A program made the position numbers and the translations under genes. Below are positions 1-13,991 of a stretch of 64,000 nucleotides of DNA, one piece after another. The DNA comes from Pecten maximus (lineage: Eukaryota). A model generated the notes under the pieces. The model saw only the letters and a list, made by a program, of their open reading frames with translations. It was not told where the DNA came from and searched no databases. The stretch is taken from the NCBI RefSeq assembly GCF_902652985.1, contig NC_047025.1, forward strand, positions 13,950,001-14,014,000. The letters are read 5' to 3'. How positions within the stretch are numbered: position 1 is the first letter of the stretch; every line of letters begins with the position of its first letter.

Positions 1-2298
1 TGTTATCTTATGTATAGGGATAGACAGAAGTCATTGTCCTGAGATGACATTTATTAACATATTAACTATATATATATATATATACATATGTATATAACAT
101 AACAAGCATACTCAATACATATCTTATATGTGAGTTTTAATCCCACCAGCATTTTAATAGCATTTCGCTAAACTATTCCGTTACTCTATTGACTGACTCT
201 GACTTTTGCTTACAATTCATATTTGATATTTTCAAAGTTATACGATATGCGAGTTTTGGTCTTTTATTTTCCTTTGATTTTTGTCGGGCCTCTTATTGAT
301 GTTGCCAGTTTCCCTGATGGTCTTATATATAAATAACTCAACAATTATTGAAAAGTCATGAGAAACTGTTGCTGCAATCAGTGCTTATGTATAATATACT
401 TTATATTTTGATTATTTTTCATTTCATTTCATTTTATATTTTTGTTTTTCAATATTCTTTTGTACACAATTACAGTTGGATATACACACTATATTTCATA
501 TGTGATAAGATCAACCTGATAGATATTAGCGTTAAATGTTATTCACTGTGAATCTAATTAAGGGTAGATACTATTTATACTAGCATCCTATCATATATAC
601 TTTCATTCTAGAATAATTTGTTAAATAAATCTTACCAGTTACAGTTAAGAAGACAAAATTCAATACTAACAGGGCAGCTGGAAAAGCCTGTCATACTTGT
701 TTAAGATTAGTAAGGGTGGTCATTACGAATCGTATATAACTTCCTACGTCATGCTTCCTCCATTCTAAAGGTCATGTGAATTGAGACTAAAATCACGACC
801 ATCAACCACAGTCAATAAATGTGTCATTCTTAAGCATTCAAAGAAGAATCCATTAATTATATTTGGAAATGCCATTTAATTGTAAGCAAAGGAACGATAG
901 GTTCTCAAATGTTACCTGTAGTAGCCTTCCGCAATTTATACCAATTAGTAACACCCACAGCAAGACATTTCGAATAGATGTTCCATCCATATTATCTAAC
1001 TTAAGGCACTACATCGACTTATAACTTTTTCTTATGAAAGCATTATTGAATATAAGGACAAATCTTAATCTAGAAACTTTCTTACATTTTGTTTTGGTTT
1101 CATATGGAAAATGGAGTTTCCTTAAGGTAACGAACGTTGATGAAACCGGGTCCCTGTGTTATGTCTATTGATGCAATTTATTTTAATTATCAAATAATGA
1201 AATTAACGAGATTACAAATAATAAATGTATTTCGTTGATACGAAGGTCATCAAATAATATGCTCAGTGACAGATCAAAATTGATATTATCATTCAACATA
1301 TGTTATTTTAATTATTTTAAATGTCATCATGTGTCAAAATGACAATCCTCTCTTGTTACACTGGTTGCCGTGTATTAACTACGAGATTGACACCTGACAT
1401 AAATCAATGTTACATATCACTTGTAATCTGAATTGTTAACTGGTCAAATTTGACATTTAAATGGAATAATTAATAATTATTGTCAGAATACTTCCTTAAT
1501 GGGGTGCAATATATCCCGAAATATATATATCTAACTTTCACTAGTAATCATCATTTAACATATCTATTGACGACATTTATCTATTGAAATCTATGCATAT
1601 GTGCCCAATAATTTTTGTAGCCAAATGCAAATATATTGATTGCTTTGAATAGTTTGTGATAAACATAGCTGACTTAACAACTACAAATTGACAACAATGT
1701 TACAAAAAACGATATTATATATCAATTACATATCATTTCCACGCCGTTAACGAACCCAAAATTTAATTAAAACATCTGACTAAAAGCTCTACTGCATTAT
1801 TGACATTATTGAGAAATGTGAAGTATAACAAACGTCTGTTTTTGTGCTGCTTGAATGATTGCTGTTGCTTTTTCTATTTATTTTATAATATGAAATGATC
1901 GTGTAAACTTTTCCCCGTGGTTTGGAGCTTTCAAATAATTCATGGGTACTTTCGTGGTGTGTGGTTAGTCCATGCAATATGGTAATGTTAATGATACATT
2001 ATGATACAATATGTGTTGTATTTATATTCGTGGCTACATAGCAACTACATACTTATGTATATATATGCTGTGTTATTTTTTCTGCTTTGAAAGCGATTAA
2101 ACAGAAAATTTCTTACCAATCTAAAATGTATTAATAAAGGTGTTTAAAACGTCATGTCATTATTGGTACAGTATCATTTTCTGTTTATACTGTACGGTAA
2201 AATGAGAAATCTCATTAGGAGAATTCCCGGATATTTTCTTTTTGCAGGTTTTTTCTTATTGATATATTGTCGTGTTTCAGATGATCCGCGTTATCAAC

Positions 2299-5158
2299 AT
2301 GGAGCTGATAGGGGTGCATGTTGTTTTGTTTGGTTGCATGATGCTGTTACCAGAAGTCACGTGTCTGATACAGCCAATCAAAATGCCAGACGAGCTATCA
2401 TCATGCTATTCGGAGAGAACTTGGAATCTCAGCGTGACAGACTTTCCATCCCAAGATATCAACAGTTTCTGTATAAACCAGTACCTATGGAAAACCGCTG
2501 GGACCAGGTATCACGAGGAGGTATCTAATGAAACGCTGTCTTACATTGGGTCTCTATTTAGGAAGATTGCTGGAGATCATTGGAATCATCGACATAAAAG
2601 ACAACTCACATTGAGTTTATCGCGCAGGCGCAGAAGGGAAGTGAGAACATTGTCTCAGCAGGAATGGAATGATTTTGCAGGAAGGTTGAATTGGCTTAAA
2701 ATGCAAACGGTAAATACTACAAGCACACTACTTGCACCAGATGCAAAAGTTCGATTATAACCCTCTTTATTCAGATTCTGTCTGCATATTTGCGCCTATC
2801 ATTCTTACTCAGACTAAACGTAGTAATATTGGTACATTCATTAACACCTTTGTAAAATTTGAGTGGTTTAGCGGGTTTGGAAAATTAGTGCTACTACAAA
2901 ATAGTCAGTATATGTCATTAAAAAATAAGAAAACGTATATTTGCCCATTTATAATTTCGCTCAATATTATAAGCACACAGAGAAAAATATCATTTAAACC
3001 ACTTTAAACCAAGAGTTTACAGTAGTTTCTTTGTAATTTTCTTGTTGCAAAGGTGAAATGGAATGAAACCCACTTCTTCGACGATGATGGAAAATATGAG
3101 TGAATTTGGTTGGAAGTTACGTTTCTGCAATACCTCAACATATAAAGTGTAAACAGTCGCAAGGAAATCCTGATATATTTATCTGTATATTTCATATGTT
3201 TTTTTGTTTTTTTTACAATAATAGGACGTATATCCTAATCGATATGACGTCCTTGCCAATTTTCATCAAGGAATAGCGTCACGTTCTGCACACGGAGGGC
3301 CTAATTTCTACGGCTGGCACAGGATCTACCTTTTGTTGTAAGTATTATGTGTTAAGCTGCAGGGATTATCTTTTTCAGTTGAATATCCCCCATACATCGT
3401 GATGAAAAGCACAGATAAATACACAAATAAATAAAATGAAAAAAAAAAATCAATGTTTATTTTACATCAGCGATACGCAATACTTCAATAGCACGTTATT
3501 TAAAGGATTTAACGAATGGATGTTAAAGATAACAAAATACTCATGTATTGCAAAGTATATCTTTAAAAATTGAATATTCTAGCGATAGAGATGTCAAAAA
3601 CAGTCTTAATGTTTTTTCAGAATGGAAACCGCTCTCGGCATGGCTATACCGTATTGGGATTCAACATTCGACTACAAATTGGTCGATCCAACACGTTCTA
3701 TGGTCTGGAGCCGACATTATTTCGGAAACGGAAATGGGGTTGTAACCAATGGTCCTTTCAGGGGATGGAGAACATTTGGAAGACTACTGACAAGAAATAT
3801 AGGTAGTGACGGCTCACTTTTATCTCAACAAGTCATCAACCGCATACTGTCACAGACATATGGATTTCAGATCACGGAAGGTTCAGCATCGCCTATATTT
3901 AGTCTTGAGAGTGTTCACAATGCTCCCCATGCCTGGATAGACGGTGCTATGGGCATTTCAGAATGGTCAACAGCAGATCCAGTATTTTTCGTTCTTCACG
4001 CCCATATTGATTACATTTGGGAACAGTTTAGATATAGACAGAGACTACGGGGGATCGACCCTGCCGGGGACTACCCACATTCCACGCGTATGTTCCACGA
4101 ACGTATGCGAAGAGTTGACGGGTTTCCATCATTAACAAATTTTGATTGTTATAGTGATTTCTTTGGAAATCTGGTACAGTATGATCCACCTCCATCCTGT
4201 CCGATTTGTGGAAATCCATTAATGTTTCGCTGTGTAAGAGGTGAGTGCATCCCAACAGAAAATCCAGAACTTTTCCCATCACAGATAAACAGACAAATAG
4301 GATATGTGCCAGCCGAACCTTCAGTTGTTAGAAACCTACTCGCACAAACAGGAATACGTCTGACCGACCCAAGGGTATATAATAGGGCAAATCAACAACT
4401 AGTGCAAGACTCCACAGATTTCGTTTCTTCCACAAATAAGTAACATTCTGTTTAGAGGAAGGCGAAGTGCTAACACAGCCGGAAGGCAAAAACGGAGTCT
4501 TGGAAAAGCATCAAAAGAGGTAGAGAAGATTCTTAGCGATCACAATATAATACTACACAAGGACTATGAAAACACATTTGTGATAGACGGGATAAGAGAT
4601 ATGGATGCATGGTCATTTATTCCGGTAAAAATAATATACCAACGACCTTCTAAAGAAGTAGGTCAACAAATGAGATTAAATGTATTAGATAAATTATCAT
4701 TGAATACAGAATTAGAACTCGCAAAACATGAAAAGTGTATAATGTCGGATAATCGTACTTCTAGAGTCTATGTGCAATCTGACGGTGTGGATTATTCAGG
4801 ACGGTATAAAGATTACGCAATAGTTGACGAAACTGTCACTATGTCCACAAAAAAGACATACGTTGGCGTAAAGAATCCGGGAGCAGGTGACGCCACTGCT
4901 TATATCACTGCATATGACTCCTGTGGAAGAGCATGCAAGCCGATGTGTCAGGTGCCGCACTCCGAACCGATGGAGTATAAACCCTGCTCTGGTACAATTC
5001 ACATCACTGACGAATTCCCACTAATGTATTCCCCTTCTTTACTCGATGCCGTTGAAGAAATGCTGAATGAAGATCAAGCGCCATTGTCAATTATTGACAC
5101 TCCAATAGCTTTTGTATGCGATTATAACATTAAATGGCCCTGGGTTCTGAATAAATGA
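2299..5158 (+). CDS. Secreted tyrosinase-like protein (type-3 copper), about 686 aa if one +1 frameshift at ~4403-4440 is corrected
   Basis: Coding exons 2299-2709 (alternative in-frame ATG 2281), 3225-3337 and 3621-5158, with phase-compatible GT-AG junctions. Signal-peptide-like MELIGVHVVLFGCMMLLPEVTC; RRREVRTLS motif; CuA His in ANFHQG, SAHGGPNF and GWHRIYL; IPYWDS; CuB ESVHNAPHAW and DPVFFVLHAHID. Frame 1 stops at 4441-4443, while the next frame is open 4403-5158 and encodes the Cys-rich C-terminal domain (WSFIPVKIIYQRP...AYDSCGRACKPMC). Confidence 0.9.
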
Positions 5159-5879
5159 GGTATGATTATATCACTACTGGCTTCAGTGCTAAGCCTTGTA
5201 TGATTAGGAATGATATATTGTGCATACACAACTGTTCTTAGAACCCAACTGCACGATTCCAGGAAATGAAATAGGTAATGTTTTGGATAAAAATAACATC
5301 ACTACAATGGGTCATACTAACAAAGGGTCCCACTTCAGGCTGTGTATATGCTAGTCAGTGAACACTGATAAACAGTTATACCATTCGAGGAACATTGTAA
5401 CATGGTCATATTGACGGAACAGTGCGATCCCTATTACTTTACCGAAATTTGAAGATGATAACAAGATAACTGACGGCGTTCGGCCTCCACTGGAGCTTTC
5501 TGCTAAATCATCTGGTACTAAAATAAGCCTAGTTGACCTATGATTAAGAGGATCTATATGGAATATACTTCTGGAAAATGTTTTCATCATAATGACAATG
5601 GTAATGATACCCCATGGTTTGATGAAACCTTTACCTGAAATATGTGGGAACAGATGAATGTCATAGTACCAGGTAATTTCCATAGAAATATCATATCGAT
5701 ATTTTATAATACAGGGTTTTTAATTTTGTTTAATTAATGTGTAGATCTGAAATACATGTGTTTATTATTCTATATACTCGTATTTGATGTACTGCTATAT
5801 ATATATATATATCATATCACATGTAATCTTTGTTTATTTTACAACAAGAACAAAGATGCACATTATAATATAAATTTAA

Positions 5880-5997
5880 GCGTCCAGGGATCATAATGTG
5901 GGCGGAATTTGGAGTATCCGGAGAAAGCCCTCGTTGTCGAATACTGGTCACTTTGGTGAAAAGTGGGAGCGCGCTCTCCACAGCGCCACCCGACCTC
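5880..5997 (-). mobile_element. Degenerate, internally deleted tRNA-derived V-domain SINE
   Basis: Minus strand reads GGTCGGGTGGCGCTGTGG (A-box-like)...CTTTCTCCGGATACTCCAAATTCCGCCCAC (V-domain-like). The head resembles the element at 30990-31090. Confidence 0.55.
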
Positions 5998-8900
5998 ATA
6001 CTAATATATTCACTTCAGCATATAACTCTGTGTGTATATATATATTTATATTTATTTTCTGTATTGTCATTTGTTGAATGGCTGGTCCCATTACTTACAT
6101 TTTATATGAATGGACCATGTATACATTATTAAAATAAACGAGTTGATCTTGTAACTTCATGTTATCATTACGTTGTTTTTTTTCAGTAATTCACACGTGC
6201 CTATATCCCACTTGCTTCTATTAAAAAATATATATAATACATACTGACAGAAAGGTACAAAGCACAGCGTCAATAGACAAGTAATAATATCGCTTTAATA
6301 AAAGTTTAAAAACTACTCCGTGCTAGTTTTGTTGGAACAAATTCCATAGCATCTTAGACAATGACATATGATTAGGCATGTCCAGGGAAATGTTCAGTTT
6401 CGTCATCATATCTGAAAATGTATGAAGCAGTTTATAACTCTGTTTGTACTTAAACACTCATACTAATGGGAGATAACTCTCATTGATCTACGACGGGTTT
6501 ATAAATAATAAAGAATACAGCAACATTTTGATGACTGGAAGGTTATCTTTACAAAAGAATAAGATATCTTTAATTTGGTGAAACAGAAATTAGCGTGAAG
6601 ACATTTAACATTACTTTGACATCTTTAATATACCTTGATATTTCCTTGTCAACAGATTTATCTACAAGTTTTGAGCCTATTTTTCATATAATAATGTCTT
6701 TTTATTTCAAGGTTTAGGTATAAAAAACAGGTAAAGGAAGAATATGAAATATTATTATCGACATGTACTGTCATCTGGTCGAGGCTTGCTAGAGTTTTTA
6801 CAAATTGGAGTTGCTACCCCTTAGTTGCAACCTCACAAAACACACGCACACTCAGTCAATCGCTACATACATGCATCTCGTAAGCAGGACAGAGCGTTCT
6901 TAAATTATCGCAATGTTGAACAAAGCAAAGAAGCATATAACACTATTTTCAAAAAATCAACTTTTATTTTACGAAACTAACATTTAGGGATTTTTCTTTA
7001 GATTTCTCCGAGCAAGTGTTACATATTTTTGACAATGGTCATGGCCCGTGAAACTTTTTTTCGAAGATATTGTTATAATGTTTGGAAATTCTAACGATAC
7101 AATAATCATATCATTACATGTATTAGGATATCCGCCTAAATGGTATCATAAATGGTTGTTGTACAGCTTAATTTTGGAGAATTTAAATTTAAATTTAAAA
7201 ATGAATATGATATTAAGTTACACATTCCCAAAAAAAAAAAAATTACCTGTCGGTATTGAAAAGTAATGAAGCAGTTATGGATAATTAATGGGAAAATGGT
7301 GGATAACGATTGGGGATAATTGGTTGACAGGTTAAGTGATGGATAAGATAGGTAGCTGTAAAGTATTGATGACGTTATCCTTTGTCCCAAACTAATTAAG
7401 TGTGATTACCGTAGGCCGAAGACAGATGATAAAAAGTAATAAGACTGTATTCCATCGAAAACAAAACTAAGGCGAAAAAAAATCTATGGTCTTTAACCAT
7501 GCCTTAAATTAGTCTCTTATTTTTACTTATGTTTAATCAACACTTTGTCATTTTGATGGGCGACAATTACATGAGCAATTGCAATAGTTATTTTTCTATC
7601 AAGATGGTTATGTCTAAAATTTAGTCATCTGATTTAATTAATAGCATGGACATTAATATTTAAACAAATATTTTATACGTAATTACCATACGTTGTTTCA
7701 ATTAAAGAATTACAAATACGCACTGACCGTGGCTGCAGTATACTACATGTATTGGCGAGCATAGGTATCCTTAAAACAGTCGACCATTTAACATTATTCG
7801 TTTATTATTTGGTAAAACAGTATAGCAAGTAAATTTAATTGTTTTAATTTATGACAGTATTGTTTGTTGTTTTTGGCTTTCTTTTTAAAACCTAGTATTT
7901 TCTCTAATGGTAATTGAATAACCATTCTATAACGTAAATAATCCATCCCACGTATCCAGTGTTGAATAAGTTTATTCGGTATAGTGACAGCGATGATAAA
8001 CCAATCTTTGTAGGTTTATTCTAAAATTAACAAAATTTATCCATTCAAGCCAAACATTAAATTAGATTAAAGACAAGCGACAGTATATTTATCATGATGT
8101 CATTCCACATGTCGTAACGTCCTTAGGAAACGTGGCCTAGCCCACGAGTAAACACGCGTAATAGACCACTGATTAAAACCAGATTCATTAACCTCAAGAA
8201 TAAGGGTGTACATATGTTTGGGTTTCTTGTCATACTAGCAAGGTGTGTGTATATAAGACATAGGTAATCGTAATGTGTGGAATGAGAATATGACTTTAAA
8301 ACCATCAATCATCATTTTAGTTACACCATACACATATCAGGCTAAGTTATAAGACCAAATGAATTTAAAACCCTAAAACCGAAATACATAATACAGAGAA
8401 ATACCAGGACCGGACTAGTTTAGTAGTATATAACATAACAGGAGTAGTAAGTAATAGTTACATAAGATACTTCCGGTCAAATGATCATATATATATTGAT
8501 CAAGGTTTTCGTTACAGAATATCCAGAAAATGTCTGTAGGACATGTATGCCCTATCCCCCGCCACTTGAAATCCCTAAGCATGCACAATCACATTGTACT
8601 ATATATGATATCGCAATGATGTAACTAGCATGATGACATTGAATTAAGCGTTGATTATTTTCTATATTTAGCAATAGTGACCATGCCCCTGAAACCGTGA
8701 AACATAATGTCAGATATATACTTATGATCGACCGTTGAATAAAGTTTCTACAAAATAATGTAATTGTTTGGAGTTTAAACTGAAACAGTTGATATTTTCT
8801 ATATTTAGCAACGGCGACCTTGGAATCCGGAAACACAGCATTGTCAGGAGTATACTCATCCTTGACCTTTGCTACCCATTACAAATTTCCCCAAGAAAAC

Positions 8901-11460
8901 TGACATTTCGCAATCATCGATAGATTGGAGTGAATATAAATGTATTCGATAAGTTCTATTGTAATTAGATAACTAACAATAAAGTATATAATCACAGCAA
9001 ACAATAAGTTGTATTCTTAATAGTCGTGAGTAAATACAAACATCATTAAGCAGTCTTCATTGTTTCAAACTTAATTAACTGTAAACATATTTCAGAGGCA
9101 AAGAAGACGATTAATAGTGTATGTTCTTTGTATTCACATAACAAAAAATTGATTTCTGAGACAGAATTCGTTAAAATTCTTAAAATATTTCATATATAAA
9201 AGAGATAAATAACATGTTTATTTTGCATTTTTTAATTATTGATAATAATATGAGAGAATTCACATTTCTTTGTCAGATTAATTTTATCAATTGATAACTA
9301 TATAAACATCATACAACATGCAATATACTTCACGATTGATTATCGAATATAAACATACGAAAACGAAGGTTTCATTTTTATTTTCATTATGAATTAAATG
9401 AGGAACAACATGCATATAACAGATGTGGTTTAAGGTATATAAGAACATACGCACTAAGTGTTATTTTATGATTAGACTTCCTGTATTAATTATGTAAAAT
9501 ACACACAGTAAGTACATGTAATTACTCTCAAGCGACAATTGGCTTGCAACTCTTGGTTTGTGTGTATATGTTTTAGATATGAATATCTCATATAAAAATC
9601 CCCTAACAAACGTATTACTGACACTTTATTGCATTTCGGTGGCATATAAAGCAGATTATATTCGAGGTGATGATAGTTGATCATATGGCATTAGCCTCGT
9701 GTTACATATGATAAGATGAACTACCAGCAAAAAGGAGGAAATGGGTTCGCTATATCTTTGGAGGACATTAAATATCTGTTACACTGAAGAAAACTATCGC
9801 ACAATCTCCTTCCTTTTTTCCTTTCCTGTTCATGATGAGGCGAACATCCTAATTGCATAAACACCATATTTTCTCATTTCTTGTCTCATTCGACTGGCAG
9901 CTGAAAATGATCAAAGCGCCTAATGTATTTGTATATATTTGTGTCACAGGTGATTACATAACAAAACCCGACATGTCACAAGTGTACAGTTCGGTATCCT
10001 TAGTTTGATCGGGAATTACCTTCAGGTTAGAACCTGATATATCGGTAAATCGCCAGAGGTTCAACCAATCAGGCGATACGTTGAACCAGGAACTATATAT
10101 AGTATGCATTGACAGCTTGATGAATCACGGAGAGAAAAATTATATAAATTTGATATTTAAAATGTAATAAAATTTAACATATATCAGCTGTAGAATTCAG
10201 TTACAGAATCATTGTCGAGCTAAGAGCAAGTAAATAGTAAAACAGATGTCTAGATATATTGAAATTTCACATCATTGTGTGGCTAACATGTAACTAAGCT
10301 TTATATTAACAAATGTAAATCTATTCTCGCTACGGATTTCGAATCTGTACGCAGTAAATGAAAGTATAGTTTCAAATGAACTACTGAGATAAGCAATGGC
10401 AGCATGTTAGAAATATGCTCATTCTAAACTGAAATGGTTCGCTAGAACTTCAGCGTTGTGGTAATACAATATATTTTGGTAACTTAAACAGGATAAAAGG
10501 ATAAAAAATGTTCTCTAAACGATTATCTTGTAGAGCAATCGCAGCTGTCATTTATTCATGAAGCAATGTTGATTATGTATAAATGAAATTGTATATATCT
10601 TATCTTATAACTCATCAATTTAGTATTGTTCTTAAGGAAATATAATATCTTCTAGATATAAAAGGCATGTAACATAATTTAATACTAGATCGGCAAAGCT
10701 ACATGATTATGACGATTTGAAATGTCATAACCTAGTTTCAGCGTATAATTTGATGGAACCACCGAGAACAATTCGGATATAATATGGTTATAACTATATG
10801 CTTAACCTGTGTTAATGCAAGTAGGACGATGTGAGCTTTGTCACATAAGACAATCAGACCGACAAATTCTAAAAATAGATAACTGCTTTTAATGTGAAGC
10901 TCGTTTGTAACAGAACAATATGTAAATTTTGATGAAATATATCACAGAGGGCCCTGCCTGTTGTTAATTTACTTTTGAGAGACATGCCGTCTGAACACAA
11001 GGATAACAAGAGAAAAATGACACATGAATGAAATGATTTTTTATGTAAATCCGAGAATTCCATAGTAATAATCTGACATTCCGAAATATTTAGCAGTTGA
11101 CAAATGCGCAATCGCGCTGAATGCAAACAGATGTGTTAACGAACATTATGAGTGAATACCATCAGTTTAAGAATTGAAAGGTGGTACGGTACTTGAAGGA
11201 GAACATACAGCTTTAAGTATTTCATGCTAACTCGAAAATGCTGAAAAATTCTGATCTCTGAGTGAAAAAACCCATCAGATACATGTGTTATGTATAACTC
11301 AAATGATGAGGATCGCTAACTGCCGGACACTTTAGTTTACTTTCATATTAAAACAGTATATGCTGGTTTGTTACATTTTCACTAAAGTATTCACTCATAA
11401 TCAAGACTACATGAGTTAATGCCACCTTTAAACATCCATTTAGTGACAGATATAAGTCTA

Positions 11461-11695
11461 CAATACAGGTGTCTCGTCCTTCAAGGACTGGTCAGTAATG
11501 ATAAGGACATCATACAGCTGTCTCGTCCTTCAAGGACTCGTCAGTAATGATAAGGTCACCATACATCTGTCTCGTCCTTCAAGGACTCGTCAGTAATGAT
11601 AAGGACATCATACAGCTGTCTCGTCCTTCTAGGACTCGTCAGTAATGATAAGGACATCATACAGCTGCCTCGTCCTTCAAGGACTCGTCAGTGAT
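11461..11695. repeat. 49-bp minisatellite, about 5 copies
   Basis: Unit catacagctgtctcgtccttcaaggactcgtcagtaatgataaggacat; registers at 11471, 11520, 11569, 11618, 11667. Confidence 0.95.
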
Positions 11696-11957
11696 GGAAA
11701 ATAGAAGGGGGTTGTAACATACATAATAATTCAATCAATCAATTTCGTATTTTTTGGAAAAAGACTAATTTGAAAATGAAATATATGCGTAAAATCTGAA
11801 CCTGTACCACTCTTTATAAGAGTTTCAACACAGCATTCTAATGTGTTCCAAAGTCCAATACATCAATAATAGTCACTGAAATACGTTCGGTCTCTCGTTG
11901 TACTACATAGGGAACACACAACAAATTATTGAATACCGACGTAATTAATGTTCCTAT

Positions 11958-13991
11958 TTACACAGTGACATCGTCAGATTCCAATGCGATGTTGTAGAAG
12001 CCGTTGATTTCAGAAACTTTATCCTCCATGATTATTGGTGGGGTTTCAGGCTCAATTGGAGTGTCTACTACTGTCTTTTGTCCTTTAAAAGCTAAAGCAT
12101 ATATAAGACGATCATGAAAAATGGCGTCGTCTTTCCGGATGTAGGTAAATGTTTTCAGACACCGTTTCAATTCTTTTGGCAATTCTGCTTCGGGGATATC
12201 TTCCATCAGTACTACAATCAGATGCCGTTTCCGTTCCATTATACTTTGCTGGAAAGCTTCTTGGAACTCGTACATGCACCAGTGGCTATTAAGGAAGTAT
12301 TTTGAAAGGATTATGACGGTGTGGTGACTTGCTTCAACACTATCAATTACATTGTCAAATATGGTTTTGCCTGCAATGAAATCTCGTTGATGGAGGCAGA
12401 ACCGGAAATTATATCCGTTCGAACCCTTTCTATGTTCTTCCTCTTCAAGTGCTTGAAACGTTTTTCTCACCCATCCCTCATTTTCACTGCTGTACGAGAC
12501 AAATGCGTCATACAACTTGTTCTGATAACTCTCGTGAGGCTGACAAGGCAAGATCACGTGGAATCTCGTGTAGGTTAAGATTTGAATTTCCCGCCTGTAT
12601 CTTGTCATGACAATGATCAGCACAAGAAGAAAAACAACTACAACACTTAATATTATTATAGGTGCATATGACGTCATCTCACACGACAAGTCGGCTCTTG
12701 TCAAACTGACAAAAGTTTTTCCTTTGGCACTTTTAGGGGTAGCACATCTAAGATAGCGAAGGTACGCGTATGGAAAATATAACTTATTTTTCCAAACACC
12801 ATCATTTTGTACAAGATCAACAACACTTTCCATATCAGGGCTACAGTCACAATGGAATGGATTCCCTTCAAGGTTAACTATCAAAACCGATGAAAGTTTT
12901 GCTAATTTAGAGATATAATTTGTAGTAATCCTTGTTATATTATTGTGACTAACGTTGACATGAAGAAGTGGTAAGTCCCAGGCCACAGCCGTTGTATCCA
13001 AGTCAAACGTGTCTATATAATTGTAAGATAAATCCAGAAACTCCAGCTTAGGAAAATCCATCCACCATGTTTTAAATTTGGAATTCAGAAGCGTCATTCT
13101 CGTTCGAGACATATTGTAGACACGCACTTCCTTGAAAAATGAATTTTCTGTCAATACATCAATATGGTATCTGGACTTAGTGGCACTTACGCTTTGGTCG
13201 ATATATTTCAGTTTAAGGTACTCACACTTATATTGAATTTTTCTGTTTTCGTCTAAAAATGTTTTGCCAACGTCCATTATTTTATTTCCCAGATTTACAG
13301 GAGCAGTCGTGGATCCGTTTGAATTACTTGCTTCATCATCAAAGGAACCTAAAAAGTCCATTATATTGGTATCGTCGAATTTGTATGTGATGTTCCGGAG
13401 AGCGACATCAACGATGGTGTCTTCATGTCCACAAATGAAATCTTTCGGCATACTTGCAATATTACTCATATAAGTAACTAATCCAAATATGTCGATTGAT
13501 ATTTCACTGTCAACGAATTTCAGATCAATTAATTGGTCAGGGATTCCAGCTTTGGAACTGTTCTCTCCAAATGATGATTCAGAAAGGAAATCGGTGATTA
13601 AACAGTCGTGGACCTGCAAGCTGACAAGATGCAGTGCCTTGACTGGCCAGGGAATGGACACCTTTGACCAGTTAGAACAATACACATGAAAATGGTAGCG
13701 GAGTGTTGACGAGGAAATCCAGTCTCTCAGAGTGTCCAGTCGCCAAAGACCAGAATAAGCTGTTTCAATGGTGCATTGGAAATACACATTGTTATGGCCG
13801 ATTTCTCTCATCGTGCACATATCTTCCCAGCCAGCCGGCAGAAACTGATCCTTAGAAACCAATCTGGACACTGTTGTGATGTAGAAATCTGTCGAGTTTG
13901 AAGGAGAGATGGTTGTATTGGCAACCACAATTCCAGGGCACAGAAGAAAAATCGTTAGATAATAACTGAAGTATATGCCGATACATCCCAT
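11958..13991 (-). CDS. Toll-like receptor (signal peptide, few LRRs, LRR-CT, TM, TIR), 677 aa, single coding exon
   Basis: Hydrophobic N-terminus; LRRs FPKLEFLDLSYNYI, LHVNVSHNNI, IVNLEGN; LRR-CT NPFHCDC...LRCATP; TM APIIILSVVVVFLLVLIIVM; TIR box 1 YDAFVSYS, box 2 FCLHQRDFIAG, and SHWCMYEF. Confidence 0.95.
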   Translation of the reverse strand: MGCIGIYFSYYLTIFLLCPGIVVANTTISPSNSTDFYITTVSRLVSKDQFLPAGWEDMCTMREIGHNNVYFQCTIETAYSGLWRLDTLRDWISSSTLRYHFHVYCSNWSKVSIPWPVKALHLVSLQVHDCLITDFLSESSFGENSSKAGIPDQLIDLKFVDSEISIDIFGLVTYMSNIASMPKDFICGHEDTIVDVALRNITYKFDDTNIMDFLGSFDDEASNSNGSTTAPVNLGNKIMDVGKTFLDENRKIQYKCEYLKLKYIDQSVSATKSRYHIDVLTENSFFKEVRVYNMSRTRMTLLNSKFKTWWMDFPKLEFLDLSYNYIDTFDLDTTAVAWDLPLLHVNVSHNNITRITTNYISKLAKLSSVLIVNLEGNPFHCDCSPDMESVVDLVQNDGVWKNKLYFPYAYLRYLRCATPKSAKGKTFVSLTRADLSCEMTSYAPIIILSVVVVFLLVLIIVMTRYRREIQILTYTRFHVILPCQPHESYQNKLYDAFVSYSSENEGWVRKTFQALEEEEHRKGSNGYNFRFCLHQRDFIAGKTIFDNVIDSVEASHHTVIILSKYFLNSHWCMYEFQEAFQQSIMERKRHLIVVLMEDIPEAELPKELKRCLKTFTYIRKDDAIFHDRLIYALAFKGQKTVVDTPIEPETPPIIMEDKVSEINGFYNIALESDDVTV

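Noticed and set aside
4440-4455. 16-nt GT...AG segment (gtaacattctgtttag) whose removal would restore the tyrosinase frame
   Set aside because: Far below the metazoan spliceosomal intron minimum, and the +1 frame is already open upstream of it; a 1-nt indel is simpler.
5351-11126. Scattered 60-110 aa ORFs between the tyrosinase and the TLR
   Set aside because: AT-rich, no domain motifs and no consistent exon chain.
12114-13689. Short plus-strand ORFs over the TLR, and similar antisense ORFs over the actin-like, DUSP and tyrosinase genes
   Set aside because: Shadow ORFs of real coding sequence with no recognisable motifs.
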